Below are positions 31,273-45,321 of a DNA stretch of 64,000 nt, one piece after another. This DNA comes from Amphiscolops sp. MND2022 (Eukaryota). Each line of letters starts with the position of its first letter. Within the stretch, counting starts at the first letter, position 1. The DNA is taken from positions 34,040,001-34,104,000 of the forward strand of contig OZ076409.1 in the NCBI GenBank assembly GCA_964187785.1, given 5' to 3'. The position numbers and the translations under genes were made by a program. The notes below the pieces were generated by a model. It had not been told where the DNA came from. It ran no database searches and was given only the letters and a program-made list of their open reading frames with translations.

Positions 31273-34200
31273 TGAGACCTCATTTTTTGGCGACCACAGA
31301 GGGATCGCTTCCGATTACTGCCCTATTGTATGGTTTTAAAATTTCCGACCCCCTGGTATTGGACGCCAAGAACGATTGGACTCTGGAAGGAGACGTTTAC
31401 CCAGAGTTTTTCCAAATTTTTTAGATGATATGACATTATATTTTGGTATTTTTCCTGTATTTCGGGGGATTTTCCCGAGTACCTTTGGTATATTTCGATA
31501 ACAGGTACTTGTTGACAGATATCGTCTAAAATTGCAAGGTTCCCATCAGCGGGTATCTTTTTTGCAGGTGTAGAGGACCGTAGCACGTGGCTACGGGTGT
31601 TTAACAGGTTTTTTGAGCTATTTTCAGCCATTTTATGCCATGCAAGAAGGTGACTGGTGGATGGTTAGCCACGAGCCAGCGAGGCGGCCGAGGGGTCAAA
31701 TCGTGTGTTGCCTACTTCCTACTCCCATTTCTCGTGGAGACGTCCTAGAGGCATGGTTTTTGGTGGACAGCAAGTGCAATAGCAGACGATGCTAATGGTC
31801 CAAACCGCGTGTCTCTATCTGGTCTGGATGTGGAGAAAAAGCGTGGTGAAGATGTACCCCCTGTGACCAGAAGTGTCGCTCAAATGGCTCATGGTGGGCG
31901 AAAATTTTGAAAATGAACCTTTTTCGATGGGGAATTGTTTGGTAAGCCTAGTTTCCTCTTGTTGCAACTTAGTGTGTGCTTTTGCACCCGTTGTCAGTGA
32001 AAAAAGTGCGATTTTTAGTGCAAAAGTCGCAAAAACGTGATTTTTGGCATTTTTGAGTACTTTTCTTGGTACGAGCGCGAGCGCTCGAAGTATTAGCCAT
32101 AGCAGTTGCAAAAATGAATAGAAAGCAGCCCAAAACCTGGAGGGTTATGCTACATAATGTAACGACAACCAGAAAGGCCGTTGGAGACCTTTTTGAGACA
32201 CATTTTGCATGAAAAAACCCGGTTTTTGGCGAAATTGGCAAAAAACCACTACGAAATGCCACTGGGAGAGTGCTGGATTGTGATGTAATTGCCTCTTCCG
32301 TGCTGCTATTAGTTTGGGGCACACTCCACAGTACCGAAAATAGGATTTAAGAGAGTTTGTAACGTTTTCTTGGTGAGAACAAGTTGAAAAACCTTGAATT
32401 TTGGCCAGTTTCAGGAGTGCCAGAGTGCATCATTAAAACCTCTGGGGCACTCAGTGTTTTCGAGACCTGGGAGCCCGCGCGCTCTCATTTTCTGTTTTTG
32501 TAGTAAAAAAAACGCATTGTGGTGAAAACCGCGTGCAAAAATTCCTTTTCAGTGCTGAGAAAAGTTGAAAAACCTTGATATTTAGTCAGTTTCAGGAGTG
32601 TCTGAGTACACAATTAAAACCACATGGGCACTCTGTCTTTTTGTTAGCTAGGAGCTTCCGCGCTCTAATTTTCTGTTTTTATCATAAAAATAACGCGTGG
32701 TGGTGAAAACCGCGTGTAAAAACTCCCATTCAGTGCTGAGAAAAGCGAAAAAACGCACTGAATTTGATCAATTTTCCACAAAATCGGACTGTCTCTGAGC
32801 TAGGGTCGGGTCATCGATTCCTGAACCCTAGCCAAAAAGTGGTTGCATTTTCGTAACCACCACAAAAATTAACGTTAGTGCCGAAAATTTGGTGGGCGTA
32901 TCGCTCACCAAAGTCGAGAAAAGCTCTCTGACATTTCGACCTCAGAGAAGCGTAAAAGGACCGAAAAAATCCAAAACTGCAGGACTGTCAGTGCCTTATA
33001 CCTAACGGGCACAACCAATTGAGGGTTTATCCCAGTGCTACGGATAGTGGGGCGACACGTTGGTCCCATTTTGCCCGCCGTATCATTTTCTGAGGTGATC
33101 CTCTTGGTCAATTTGTGAAAAAAGTCGTCAAAAACAGTGTTTTTTCGTGTACAACGTACATAGTGGGTCGAAACCTCAAATAAGCGCTCGCGCTTCAATT
33201 CGACCATATCAGTGGCATTGTAGGTGCCCACTGGCATAAACTACCAAGTTTGGTGCCGATCTGTGTGATACTTGTTGAGAAAATAGGAAAAACGTGGCAC
33301 CCAAAAAGGCGTGCAAAAAGGCAGTTTTTTCTTAATTTTTCCAAGTAACCCGGGCACCTCAGCCGACGGGTGGGGCTATATTGCAGCCCACCATCGTAAC
33401 CTGTGCTAGTTCCTACGTTGCTGCAGAGAATTTGAGCTTGCTAGCTTTTTCCAGTGGACCGCAATCTTGAAAAAGACGTGAAAAACCGTGTATTTCGGTA
33501 CATAGTGGTACCGCACGTCTGTACCTAGGTGAAACTGTGTAGAAGGGGTGCAGCTCAATTCTGTGTTCATTTTCGTAAACCTACGTGTACCTAAGATCTG
33601 CTGGTCAATTTTGGGCTTGATACAGCGCTTCCAGCGCACACACGAGCCTCTTGAGTGTTGTGGTGCGATTTTTGGAAATTTCAAAAATTGTTCGAATTTC
33701 TTCCTGTGGGTGACTGGAGACTTTTTGCCCTAGACCAGGTTGATTTTCGGGCCCAGTGAGCTTGTGGGAAAGCGCTGTGCAAATTTGAACAGCCTACGAG
33801 CCTTAGAACGTGCTTTGAAAAATCTTGGACGTTGAAAAACATCAATTTTCTTAAGTCCTCACCGAGACGAGCAGAGGGCCAAATCCTTGAGGAGACCCCC
33901 TGCAAGCCTACCAGCGTCTGTTTTACTATTCTAACAGCGTGATTGGTGCCTACTGACAGCGTCTGCCAAGTTTGGTGTCAATTGGAACTGTATCTGTTGA
34001 GAAATTGACTAAAACAAACTGCACAAGAAGGTGCGCAAGAAGGCGAATTCTACGAAGTCTGGTGGGATTGCCTGAACACCTTATTCAAAGAGTGGGACCA
34101 AATTGCTGCCCACTATCGTAATCAGTGCAAGTTTATCGTATCGTTGCCAAAAAACGAGCTTGGGAGCTCTTTGCTGTTTGCCGGAATCTGAGTTGACACG

Positions 34201-35120
34201 TGAAGAACACTGCATTTTGGAACACGGTGATACGGAACGTCAGTATCAGATCTAAATCTTGCCCAGTGGTCTGAATTCTCATTGGTTGTTACTGTAGTGT
34301 AGCTGGCTATACTTGTGATCGCGTGACCAATTTTGTGCCAATTTTGCACGTTTCCAGCACTTGTAAAAGCCATTTGAGTGATTTTCGAAAACAGTTGAAA
34401 AATCCAAAAATCGTTGAAAAAGGCTCTAGCGCGAAGCTGGAGGCAATCATCAGCTACGGAAGGTTATTTTTCTGACTTGTGTGGCTGACAAATTGTGCTG
34501 TGTCATTTTGTACCCAGTACGAGTGATAAAACTGAATTTGACTTTGTTCAGACACACGTTTTGAACGAAAATCCCGAAAACGCCAGAAAAACTATCAGTG
34601 TAAATCCTCAATACTTCCGCTGTACAGGAGGCAGACCCAAAAAGCCTTCATTTTCCAACGGAACGGACCCAGTAGACCTTCCTGGGTGCAAACGAGGCAA
34701 ATCCCACGGTTCAAAAAAATTGCCGGCAGGGGTCATAAATTTTGGACTCCTCTGGAACTTTGAAAATTGATCCTGAACAGTTCAAGGCAGCAGTTTTAAG
34801 TGCCTGCGACGCACTCTGGACTACATTTTCCAACCGAAAATTGCTAGGAGTTACCTTGAGCAGGGTTTTCGATATCCAAAAGAGACCCTGAGTGTTCCGA
34901 CTTAGCCAAAATCACAAAATTTTGGGAGGAGCAACTTCCTAGTGACGAAAAATTTGACCGGATTGCCCGAGTGTGACACCTTTTTGAACACTCTGGTGCC
35001 TCATTTTGGTGTTATTTCGCTGTATCGAGTAGCACCAACGCCGAATATTACGCCAAATTTGCAGAGAACTCTTTTGGGCAATTGAAAAATACCCAAATCT
35101 CTCGAGGTTGAGAGGCGAAG

Positions 35121-38100
35121 TTGCTACCGAGTTTGCTGAAAGACTCCTTTGAGCCACATCCTGCTACATCTAACGCTGGAATGAAACCTTCGGAACAATT
35201 CCAACGCCTCTGCTTCTTTTTGAAGGGGGGAGAGGGGACCAGCGCAGCACAACCAATCGATGAACCGGCCTGGATATCTTTGAACAACGCAACCATGGGC
35301 ATTGCTCACACGTCGCCTAGGGATCGAGGCGGGTTGCTCGAGAGCAATCATGGTACTGATGACCCAAAAGATGAATTGATATCTCCCGAACAGTTGAAAT
35401 TCACGGAGGCGATATCCAAAACTATAACTAATGCGTTGGCTCCCTTGATTGCCAATCGTGATCAAACCGCTGTTCGACCAACCTTATACAGAGGTTCGAA
35501 AGACGGGACTGTTGAAGAGTGGTTGCTCGTGATGAAACGGTATTTGGAGCGAGTTTATTCCAATGCTTCACCTGACAACAAGGCCTGGGCGATAATCGAT
35601 CACTTAGGTGATGAAGCTCGGAGTTTTATAATCAACAAACCGGAGTCCGAACGGGATTCTCACGAGAAGGTGACTACCTTGCTCTCCAGCAGATTTGGGT
35701 CTGGGAGTAACCGCTGGCCAGTGAGGCAGGCTTTCAGGCTGCGGAATCAGCTTGAGAAAGAGGGCCTGATGCAGTATCTAGATGCATTAGAGGGTCTGAG
35801 GAGTCAGGGTTTTCCTGATGAGCCTATCACAACCCGACGCTATGAAATCTTGCATCGGTTCATGGATGGGGTCAGCGATTCCGTGTTGCAACGAGAACTG
35901 ACGGTAGTGTTTGCGACTGAGGCGTATCTAGCCGACCCACCTACCGTGGAATCACTTCGGTTCACTGTACAGGAACTCCAAAGGAGTCGTCACCAACAAC
36001 AGCCTCGTGACCCAGGGTGCACCGAGACTGTACCTTATCAGTATCTACAGAGCGACCAAGTGCCGGGGTCACCAGTGGCTCCGCAGTATGAATCGCTGCC
36101 GGCCCTTGCATGCCGGTCGGTGCGATTGCCGATGCCGGCTGCGTCAGTACACACAACCCCTGAATACAGACAGACCGCAACCTTAGAGCAATCCGCGCGC
36201 TGCTTGCAGAGTGCTTGCGCGAGACGCAAGTTGGTGGTGCATCGCCCGGAGCATATTCTTGACCCACATAGTGAGCCCCAGCAAGGTGCTGCAGCAGCGA
36301 TTCCAGCGCCTGCTGTCCCAGTGAAATCGTGCACAACTGAGGTGTCTCCAGGTTGTCCAACATTATCAATCCAGTCAGAAACTTCCAGCCCTAGGGCTGA
36401 AGAAAAGAAGAAAACGGATGCAACGCAAACCCTGTCTACTGCCTCTGGCAGGGTATTAATGCTACGTCCAGCTGACCAAGCCACCGTAAATGCTCCATTG
36501 ACTGTCACCTTTGGCACAAAGCAGGTGCAGACAGGTTTGGAGTCCACAACGTTTGACCCTAGTGGCCGGACTTTATTGTCTGTACACCTAGTGCTGGCAT
36601 CGGAGCAACAAATACGCCCAGATTTGACTTTGGAAAAATTGAAGCTGGAGTTAGCTAGCAATTCGGCTGTCAAAAAGATCTCCTTACCACTGCCAAAAGA
36701 ATGGTATACTGAAGGCGAAGCTAGTACGTGCACGGCATACACCCCAGTTCCTGTGCATGCCAACATAGATGGCGTGGACATGAAATTTGATGCCAGCGTG
36801 GTAGTAGATGTGTTCCCTCAAGGAGTGTGTCTAGGGCCACATGAATTACGCTGCTACAGCATCAGCAAGCAGGAGCCCACGGGTGAGGCCCGCATAGATG
36901 AGCGTGCGTCGCTCGTTGTATCTTTTGCAGTGCCAGATGCCAGCCCTATTCCACTGAGAGGAATGGTCGACACGGGGTCAGGCGTATCAATCATGAGTTT
37001 CTCAGCCTTCAACCGTGTAGCCTTGCGGACAGGTGTAACGCTACAACCTTACCGAATCGACTTGTATGCTGCTAATGGGAAGACGATGAAAACTTTTGGA
37101 ATAGCGGAGCGTGTGCGCTTCCAACTTGGTGGATATGAACTCGAAACAAATTTCGTGGTCGTTGATGACGCACATGGCTTGGAAGATTTCTTGCTGGGTA
37201 GGAATTTTCTGCGAACATACAACGTGCTGGTAGATCTGACCTCCATGAAACTTGTGGTGCGAGCACCGGCTAAGCCTGTGTGGCATCACGCACACGCCCA
37301 GACGAGTGACGAAGCCTTATCCAGCGCGGTAGTTTTGGATCAAGACGTAGTGCTCCAGCCGTTTGAACGTGCTGTTTTACGAGCTAAGTTGGTCACTTCG
37401 AACTTGGAAGCTTTTGCTTTCAGTAATGTTGTGATTAACTTTGCAACACCGAACCGATTGCTGAAGAACACTATATTCGTGGAAGACACTATAGCCACTG
37501 TTGGAGAGGCAGGTTCGTTCTATGTCTCTGTTGGCAATCTGACAAGCAATGCCCAAAAAGTGAAGTGCGGCACCATGCTTGGTACTGCTGCGCCAGTACG
37601 CCTAGTCTACCATGCAGTTCCCCAATGTGTGCTAGCGCATAAAGGCGAGAGTGACGAAAAATCGGACTCCCCAAATGAGTTCGTCAACAGGGTCTATTCC
37701 GAAATGGACCTGAACTCGCATTCAAGATGTTCGTCGTCGTCGGAGTTCGAGTTTCTCTCCTCTACAGACCCATCGGAGGAGGGGTTGTCAGAGCGCGAGA
37801 TCAGAAAGCGCACTGACCCTGATCTCTTGGCCCCTATTCCTGGACCCGAATCTCAGTTAGAGGAGGTACAGAAGTTGTGGGGACAGACTGCTCGCGACTC
37901 GCTGAACAACATCCTAACGGAATTTGATGACCTATTCATGAAGCACAAAGCAGACATTGGTCGCTGCACAATAGCCAAGCATCCTGTTGAGTTGGAGCCT
38001 GGGGCTGTACCGCATCGTGAAGGTGCTCGTAGAATGTCTCCTGACAAGGCGGAGCGTGCCAATCAGGAGGTACGCAATCTCCTGGCTTTGGGCATGATCC

Positions 38101-41100
38101 AACCTTCGCTATCACCTTGGGCGAGTGGGATTGTGATGGTAAAAAAGAAAAATGGGGAGTTGCGATTCTGCTGCGACTTTCGCCCCCTCAACGCTGTCAC
38201 AATAAAGGACGCGTATCCCCTCCCACGCATCGATGAAAGCCTTTCACGCTTGGGTAAGGCCAAGATTTACACCAGTATTGATTTGGCCTGGGCTTTCTGG
38301 CAGATACCAGTCCGCAAAGCAGATAGGCAGAAAACGGCCTTTGCCTGCGAGCTGGGTTTGTTTGAGTGGAGACGTATGCCCTTTGGGATGTGTAACGCTT
38401 CAGCTACTTTCCAGCGAGCTATAGCGCGAGCGCTACGGAAAATTGTGAACCGTGAAGGAAGCATGGTGATGGCGTACATTGACGACATCGTCATTGCTAC
38501 CGAGACAGTCGAGGACCACATGGTACGCTTGCGCGAGGTATTTGAATGTCTGCGCGAAGCTGGCTTCAAAATGAGAGTCGCTAAGTGCGACTTTATGAAG
38601 TCGGAAATCAAGTACCTGGGACGTGTGGTCTCTGCCGAAGGTATCAAACCTGATCCTAAAGCAGTGGTAAAACTACGCGATTGGGAAGTACCGAGGAACA
38701 AAACGGAGATGCAAAGTTTTTTGGGCTTCGCCAACTATTATCGAGAGTTTATTCCTTGGCACGCCAAGCTTGTGGCCCCCTTGAATGCTATTACCGGCCT
38801 GGGCGCAACTTTCGCCTGGGGGGATGAGCAGCAACAGGCTTTCAACGCCGTCAAATTGGCTTTGATTGAGGCAACTGCCTTGGCGCAACCGGACTCGGTG
38901 GGCGAATTTGTGCTGGACACTGATGCCAGTGCTGTTGCAATTTCCGGCATTTTGCATCAGTGGCAGGGTCCTCCGGGCGAAAAGCGCCTGAGACCAATTG
39001 TGTATGGTAGCAAGAAGTTGAATGCCACTCAAGCGAAGTATGGCGCTCCCAAGCTTGAAATGTACGCAGCTTATTATTTCATCTTGAAGAATCACAGTTA
39101 TCTCTGCTCCAGAAAGTTTACCCTTCGGGTTGACAATCAAGCTCTCTCTTGGCTCAAAACGTATTCCACTGATCAGGCCTTGATTGGACGATGGATTATG
39201 GCACTCGAGAAGTACCATTTCAAAGTTGAGCATCGTCCCAGAACACAGCATAGGAATGCCGATGGCCTCAGTAAACGAACCAATGATTATCGGTGGCGAA
39301 AGAAGCAGCTCGAGAAGCTGCCAGCTGTGACAGACAAATGGAATTTCCTCTCACAGGAGGAGTTTGACCAGCTGCCCGTTGCACCCTGGTTCGATTTGCA
39401 TGGTCGGGTGATACCCAATCACCCCCAATTGCCCGCTCACTTGCGGAACACTAAACCAGACCCCACAAATGCAGTTTGTCGTGTTGCACGACGGCGTAAG
39501 CGCCGTCAGGCCGCTGAGAAAAGGGAGAGGGCGCTACGCGCTCCTCTACCTGAGGCACCAGTGCCTACATTGCAAACTCACGAAGACTTCTATCCAGATT
39601 ATCCTGAGGACTGGATTGACGTCACTGAAGAGGCTAGGCAAGATTACTTGCTGCCTACACATGTGGCAAATATCCCCTCACGCATGACATATGCCCTTGA
39701 CGAAACAGTGGAGCAAGCCATGGCTTCCGCTCCAACGGTGGTTAGGCAAGCTGCCCTAGCCATCAAAGACATAGACACGGAACTTCATGAACATGCCAAC
39801 ACGGTGCATGGCATCAAGGATCTGCTTTTGGCGCAGAATCGTGATGTGCATGTTCTAGCCATAAAGAAGTTGGTGGCACAAGAGTCTATTGATCATGACA
39901 TTTTTCCTGAAGACGTGCGTGCGTTCGCACGTAACTATTACAAGCAGAAAAAAGATCTTCTGTTTGTAAACAAAAATGGAATTCTTTGTGTTAAGTATCC
40001 ACCTCAGCAACGTCCATTGCACGAACGTCCGTGCATGATTGTAATGCCACAATTGTACCAGCATGAAATTTTGTTTCGTGCTCACGATGCCATGGGCCAC
40101 CAAGGCATTGCAAAGGTGGTTTCGCGAATCCAAGAACGCCACACCTGGCCAGGTATTCGCCGCAGCGTTGGTCAGTACGTGAGTCAGTGCCTCACGTGCC
40201 AGCAAGTACGTGACAGGCCGGGTGACGTTCGGTTTCACTTGAAAAATATCCAAAGTGGGTATTTCAATGAGTTGGTCCAGTATGACCATCTGAAAATATG
40301 CCCCTCCGATAACAATAACACCGGCATATTGGTAATAATTGACCATTTCTCCAAGTTTGCGGAGGCTGTACCCTGCAGCCATGAGGATTACGATGCAGTG
40401 ACCACGTCTAGGTTGCTTTTGCAGAAATGGTTTGCCAGACACGGCACGCCTACGCGGATGCAATCAGACAATGCCCCCAACTTGACCGCAGAGGTATCCA
40501 ATGAGTTCATGAGGGCATCTCAGGTCACAAAAGTTACCTCTACGGCGGGTCATCCGCGCACCCAAGGCCTGGTGGAACGACAAAATCGGACTTTGCTGAC
40601 TTTGTTGCGGGTATTCTGCTCGCGTCGTAGAGAGATTGGGACCAGCATTTGGATGAAGTCATGGGAGCGTATAACTCAACGCGCCACGCCACGACTGGGT
40701 TTTCACCCTACATGCTGACCCGAGGGACCGAAAAGGCTATTCCTCTCACCTATCTGTATCCGGAGTTCGCAGCCAGATCATTTGAATCGCATGGAGCTTA
40801 TGTGGAGCATATTCTTGCTCGTCAGCAAGAAATTCATGACTTGGTGCGTAGAAACACGCATCAGGCGCAACAACGTCAAAAGATAAAGTACGATCGAGCT
40901 ATTCGTGCAAACGCATACAATGTGGGAGACCCCGTTTGGGTATTCTGCCGCTATGTACCTCAAAAAGGATCACCGAAGTTGATGAGAGCTTGGCGTGGTC
41001 CGCACAAGGTTGTCCATGTACTACAAGATGGTCGCGTGTATATCCTGGACTCAGGACAAAAAGTGCACTTTGAGCGTTTGAAACCTCATCATGGTGGCCC

Positions 41101-43432
41101 TACGGAGTTTGCTGCGCTTCCCTCGGGGAGTGGCGAAGTGGTCGTTGTCATGGATCCTGAGCCGGAGCACTCTGCTGAGGAGATCCGAGATGACTGCTCA
41201 CAACCCTCATATCGCGAGGAAGAACCGCTCTCTGAAGCATCAGATGTATCGCTACCATCAAGGAGACGCCACTGGATGGACACCAGGTTGCGTACTAGAA
41301 TGCGAGCTGGAGGCAGTCGTCTCCACTATCAGCAATTTGATTATTCCAGTTCCGACCCAGAGCGTTCGCGCTCTGACGACTTGCTGTCAGATGCCCGAGA
41401 TCATTCCCAGGCAGAACCTTCGGCGCTATTCGAAGCCTCAATGCCTCCCGATGAACAACCTCGGTCTTTTGAACCTGCCAATGACTACGAGTTTCCAGTT
41501 TTATCCGAATCTGAAGCTATTCCGGAAGTACCGCAATCGCAAGATATTCCCGTTGCAACTGGAGAAGCCGAATTATCACTAGCGGGTACATCTGCTCCTC
41601 TGTTGACAAATCCTACATTGACGGATGTGCCTATTAGTATTCCCCAATTGCCGAATGGTACCTCCAACCTCCAAAACACTGAAACCCGTGACACCGAGTT
41701 ATCCAACACCAACGAGCCAACTGCTCGGAACAATGTCCCTAGCACGCGCGGCAGGGGCAGATCGCGAGCTGCTCTATCTCGTTGTTCGACACGAGCAACA
41801 AATTCCCGGTCGCAGAACGTGAGCGTGCGCGCTCAAAGGACTCCCAGTCGCAGAGGACGTCCTCGAGGACGACCTCCTCGGAGGCCACGAGGACACACTA
41901 TTTCTTCACGGCAAACAGCTCGTGAAAATGACACACAGCCATCAATTACATCCGATTCTGACTCTGATGCGCCCACCGCGCAGCTTACATCCGATGTTGA
42001 CCAAGGCGCAACGCAGGTTAACCCACACTATGGCTTACGCCGGAATCGAGTACCTCGATATCGATGTGGAACCTGTGGGCTTCGCGATTGCACTTGTGTC
42101 ATGGCTCTGAACAGATCGCCCACTATCCCACTTGGACCTGTGAAAGCTCCGGTGGATCCGAAGCCTCAACCTCTTATCCACAATGGTAAACTTCTTGTCA
42201 GTCGCGTTGTCATCCGCGCAGAGAAGACATACACCGGACTAGAAAGAGAACGTATCTTCCCTGTAGACGTCGTGCTGGAAGAATTATCTAAATCCAAGAT
42301 TGCTGAGGAACCTTGTCCTCGCTTCAAAGAGTGGACAAGCAATCTCCGCGGATTGGAATTCACGCTTCCCGTCACAGTGCCTCCTGTCACTCCTAACATT
42401 GTATTTGGACCTTTCAATTATGAGAGGGAACCCATCCAAATGGTCCGCTGTATCACCGCTGACCTCCTATCTGACAAATACGGCATCACCTGTCAGCCTG
42501 GTGAAGTGTATCGCCCAGCCCAATTTTGGTGGTTGCTTGTAACTGCCCCACATGCTCACTCTTTGGTACAGCCTGACAGCTTGCGGAGCTGTCTAGAAAG
42601 TTTGCGGACTGTTGTCACAGAGGAACTCATTTTGTGCTTCCACATCGTTGATCTTTATCGTGGAAAACTACGGTTCCGATGGTGGCTAGAGCTGATTATC
42701 ACTTTGTTCGCTAGCTTCCCTCGTATCCGCCTTTTGGATGATTGGACCCATTCCTTCACCGAGCCTGTAACGATCCACACTGCACTTGGTACCCTGGATT
42801 CATGGTCAACAGCAAATGTGGATAATCAGTCTCTGTCGAGGTCCGTATGGCAGGATCTATCTGCTATTCGTGGACAGAACCATATAGACCCAGCTGATGA
42901 AAAAGGTCCCGGACGTCAGATTGTTTTTCCTGGTGCCCTACGACCAAATTTGGTCGACTACATTATTTACGACCAAACTGATTTCTTGCAGGTGCAGGGC
43001 CACGTGGCAATTTGCTGCCCTGCAGACCTTAATACCAATTCTGCTGCCTTGCGCTACGTTCTTCGCGAGTGTGGCAGCGACAAAATAGTCCAACTTCGCC
43101 CAACAGTTGGTGAAGTCCTCACTATCCCATCCTCATTATCTTTTATGGATAATCAAGTTATTCACCTAATGATAACACGCCCCTCCCAGCGTTCACCACA
43201 AATCACCGATGACTTTGTCTTATGCTTGGAGCACTTGAAAGCTTCATTATTGTCCAACGAAACCCCTGATATTCATTTCCCCATAGTTGACCCTGAACGC
43301 CCACTTCGCAGTTTGGACAACTTTTATCATAGTGTCATGGACGTTTTTGCAGGAACTGATATCACTGTATTTCTGTATGATCGCGTCTATGTCTCCATTG
43401 CCAGTATTGAACAATTTCCTGGCATCACTTAG
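35121..43432 (+). pseudogene. gag-pol: Gag-Pol split by a 1-bp deletion at ~40629 into 35121-40718 and 40649-43432
   Basis: CGTCGTAGAGAGATTGG here vs CGTCGCATGAGAGATTGG in the other units. Could be a sequencing error. Confidence 0.8.
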
Positions 43433-44548
43433 CTTCAACGTAAACTTTTGTTTGGTTAATTTTCTATTTGCTATCCTGATATCTCATGCTTGATATGCGT
43501 TGCTTGTTACCTTGTGGTAGCGTGCGTTGAAATCCATTGCCAGAACCACACTCCACTTCTTTTCAAGGGGGGAAGGGGTGTCTTCAACGCCCAATCCATC
43601 CTCTCGCATTTTCTTCGCATTCTTTGTTAGTCATTGCTATCTTAATATTAATGAAGGTGCTCAACGATTAAAGCCCGGGGAGCCCCAGTGCAATAAATAA
43701 CCCAAAAACTCTACATGTATTGCTACGCCCAAAAGGTGCTATTTTTGTTTCTTTTCCAAGATTTCCAGAAGTTTCCTCCAGATTCCAACGTGATATCCGG
43801 AAAAATAAGGAGCGCGCGCGTTCCTGATCTGCAAATGGCAAGATTTGATCTACCTTTGTCTGCTTTACTCCAGTGCTTACTCTTACGAGCAGTTCGTAGT
43901 TTGCTTCTGATGCGCTCCTTGACAAATGCTATTGAACTCTATACAGGTATGGAGCTGCATATCAGTGCGTGTTGCCCAAACCAAGCCGAACTTTAAAAAA
44001 AAAATATTAAAGAAACAGCTTGTCTTCCTTTTAAACAGTGGTTTTTCTGCTGAAAAGAAGTTTTAGCGAAAAGAACTTTTAACTGTGCTGCAAACTGAAA
44101 TTTTATTGCCGTGGAAAAGATGTTTTGCTGAGAACCACGTGCGCTTTGGAGCGTGAGCGCTCCGTAAAAGAAATTTTAGACGTCCAAAAACCAAAGTGCT
44201 AGCAGGATCCTAATCAGACTTTTGCAGAAAACTCGTGCTAAAAAAGTGGTGCTTTTTTGATTGATGTATGGAATCTTGGATTTGATTAATTTCAAGGTGC
44301 ATTTTTGAGTACTGGTTTTCTAGCTCTCGAGCTAGCTCTGTTTCAACAGTTTCTGGACGATGCAGGTTCTCTGGATGGCTAGAAGCAAGACCTCATGGTT
44401 GCCCAATCAGCAAAAGATGACAGTGCCACTGGACCGTTGCAACATCACCAGTTTGAGACCCCCGTGGATTGCACTCGTGATGTGGCGATGTATTCAATGC
44501 CAGCCTCTCCGCATGACGGGGACGTCATGCATAAAGCCCGGGGAGTGA

Positions 44549-45321
44549 TGTAACGGCAAGCTCTGGTACAGCAATATCAACCGATTTTGCAACTTTGACA
44601 TGTTCAGAAATTTTGTCAAAAATTCTAATCCGATGTGTGACGTGGCACTGAGCATGTGATTGCTCTTTTCACTGTTTCCACGAAATTGGCAGGTACTTCG
44701 ACAACAAAGAGCAAGAACGAGCAAAAATACGGGCGCGCCGCAATGACAGAAGCCAGAGACGGCAAGAACATCCGAAAATAGACTCTTTTTGAGGTGCTAA
44801 CACCGGTTTTATCGATTTTCAGCATTATGCTACCTTATGTAGCGGAAACCGTAAAAATGAGTCTTTTCGCCTAAAGATCCTTGTTTGGTGCTTGGAGCCC
44901 CTGCGCCCCAGCTTTTTAGCTGTGTGGTTTGCCATATTCGTGCCTGTTTTCATGTATTTTCAGTGATTTTGGCTGTATTCAGTAGCGCTAGCGCTAGTTT
45001 AGATCTTATTCCCCAATTTTAGATCTTATTCACATGTCACCCTGGAACTGGAAATTTACCTTATTCTTGGCATTGTTTTTATATGCTAGTTAAGCGGTGG
45101 TCTTTAGAGAGTCAGAAAGATGCCCGTTACTATTAGCAATCAAAGACTAGGACCGGTTGGACAGTATTCGTCGAAGCACCCGCGGCCCCGGGACGTATTT
45201 CACCCCTGGAGGCAAAATGGATCTGTGGCGATGGGCGCCTGTCCCGAGCGATTCACCCATTCCTGCAGGTTCCTCCACCTCTGTTAACGCGTTAAGCGAC
45301 CGATAACTGCTTGCCGTTACA
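44549..45321 (+). repeat. LTR4 (773 bp), shared by units 3 and 4
   Basis: Same termini; PPT before, PBS after. Confidence 0.9.

Larger units (their letters stand above)
30500..45321 (+). mobile_element. Ty3/Gypsy LTR retrotransposon, unit 3 (frameshift in integrase)
   Basis: Same structure as unit 1. Confidence 0.95.
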
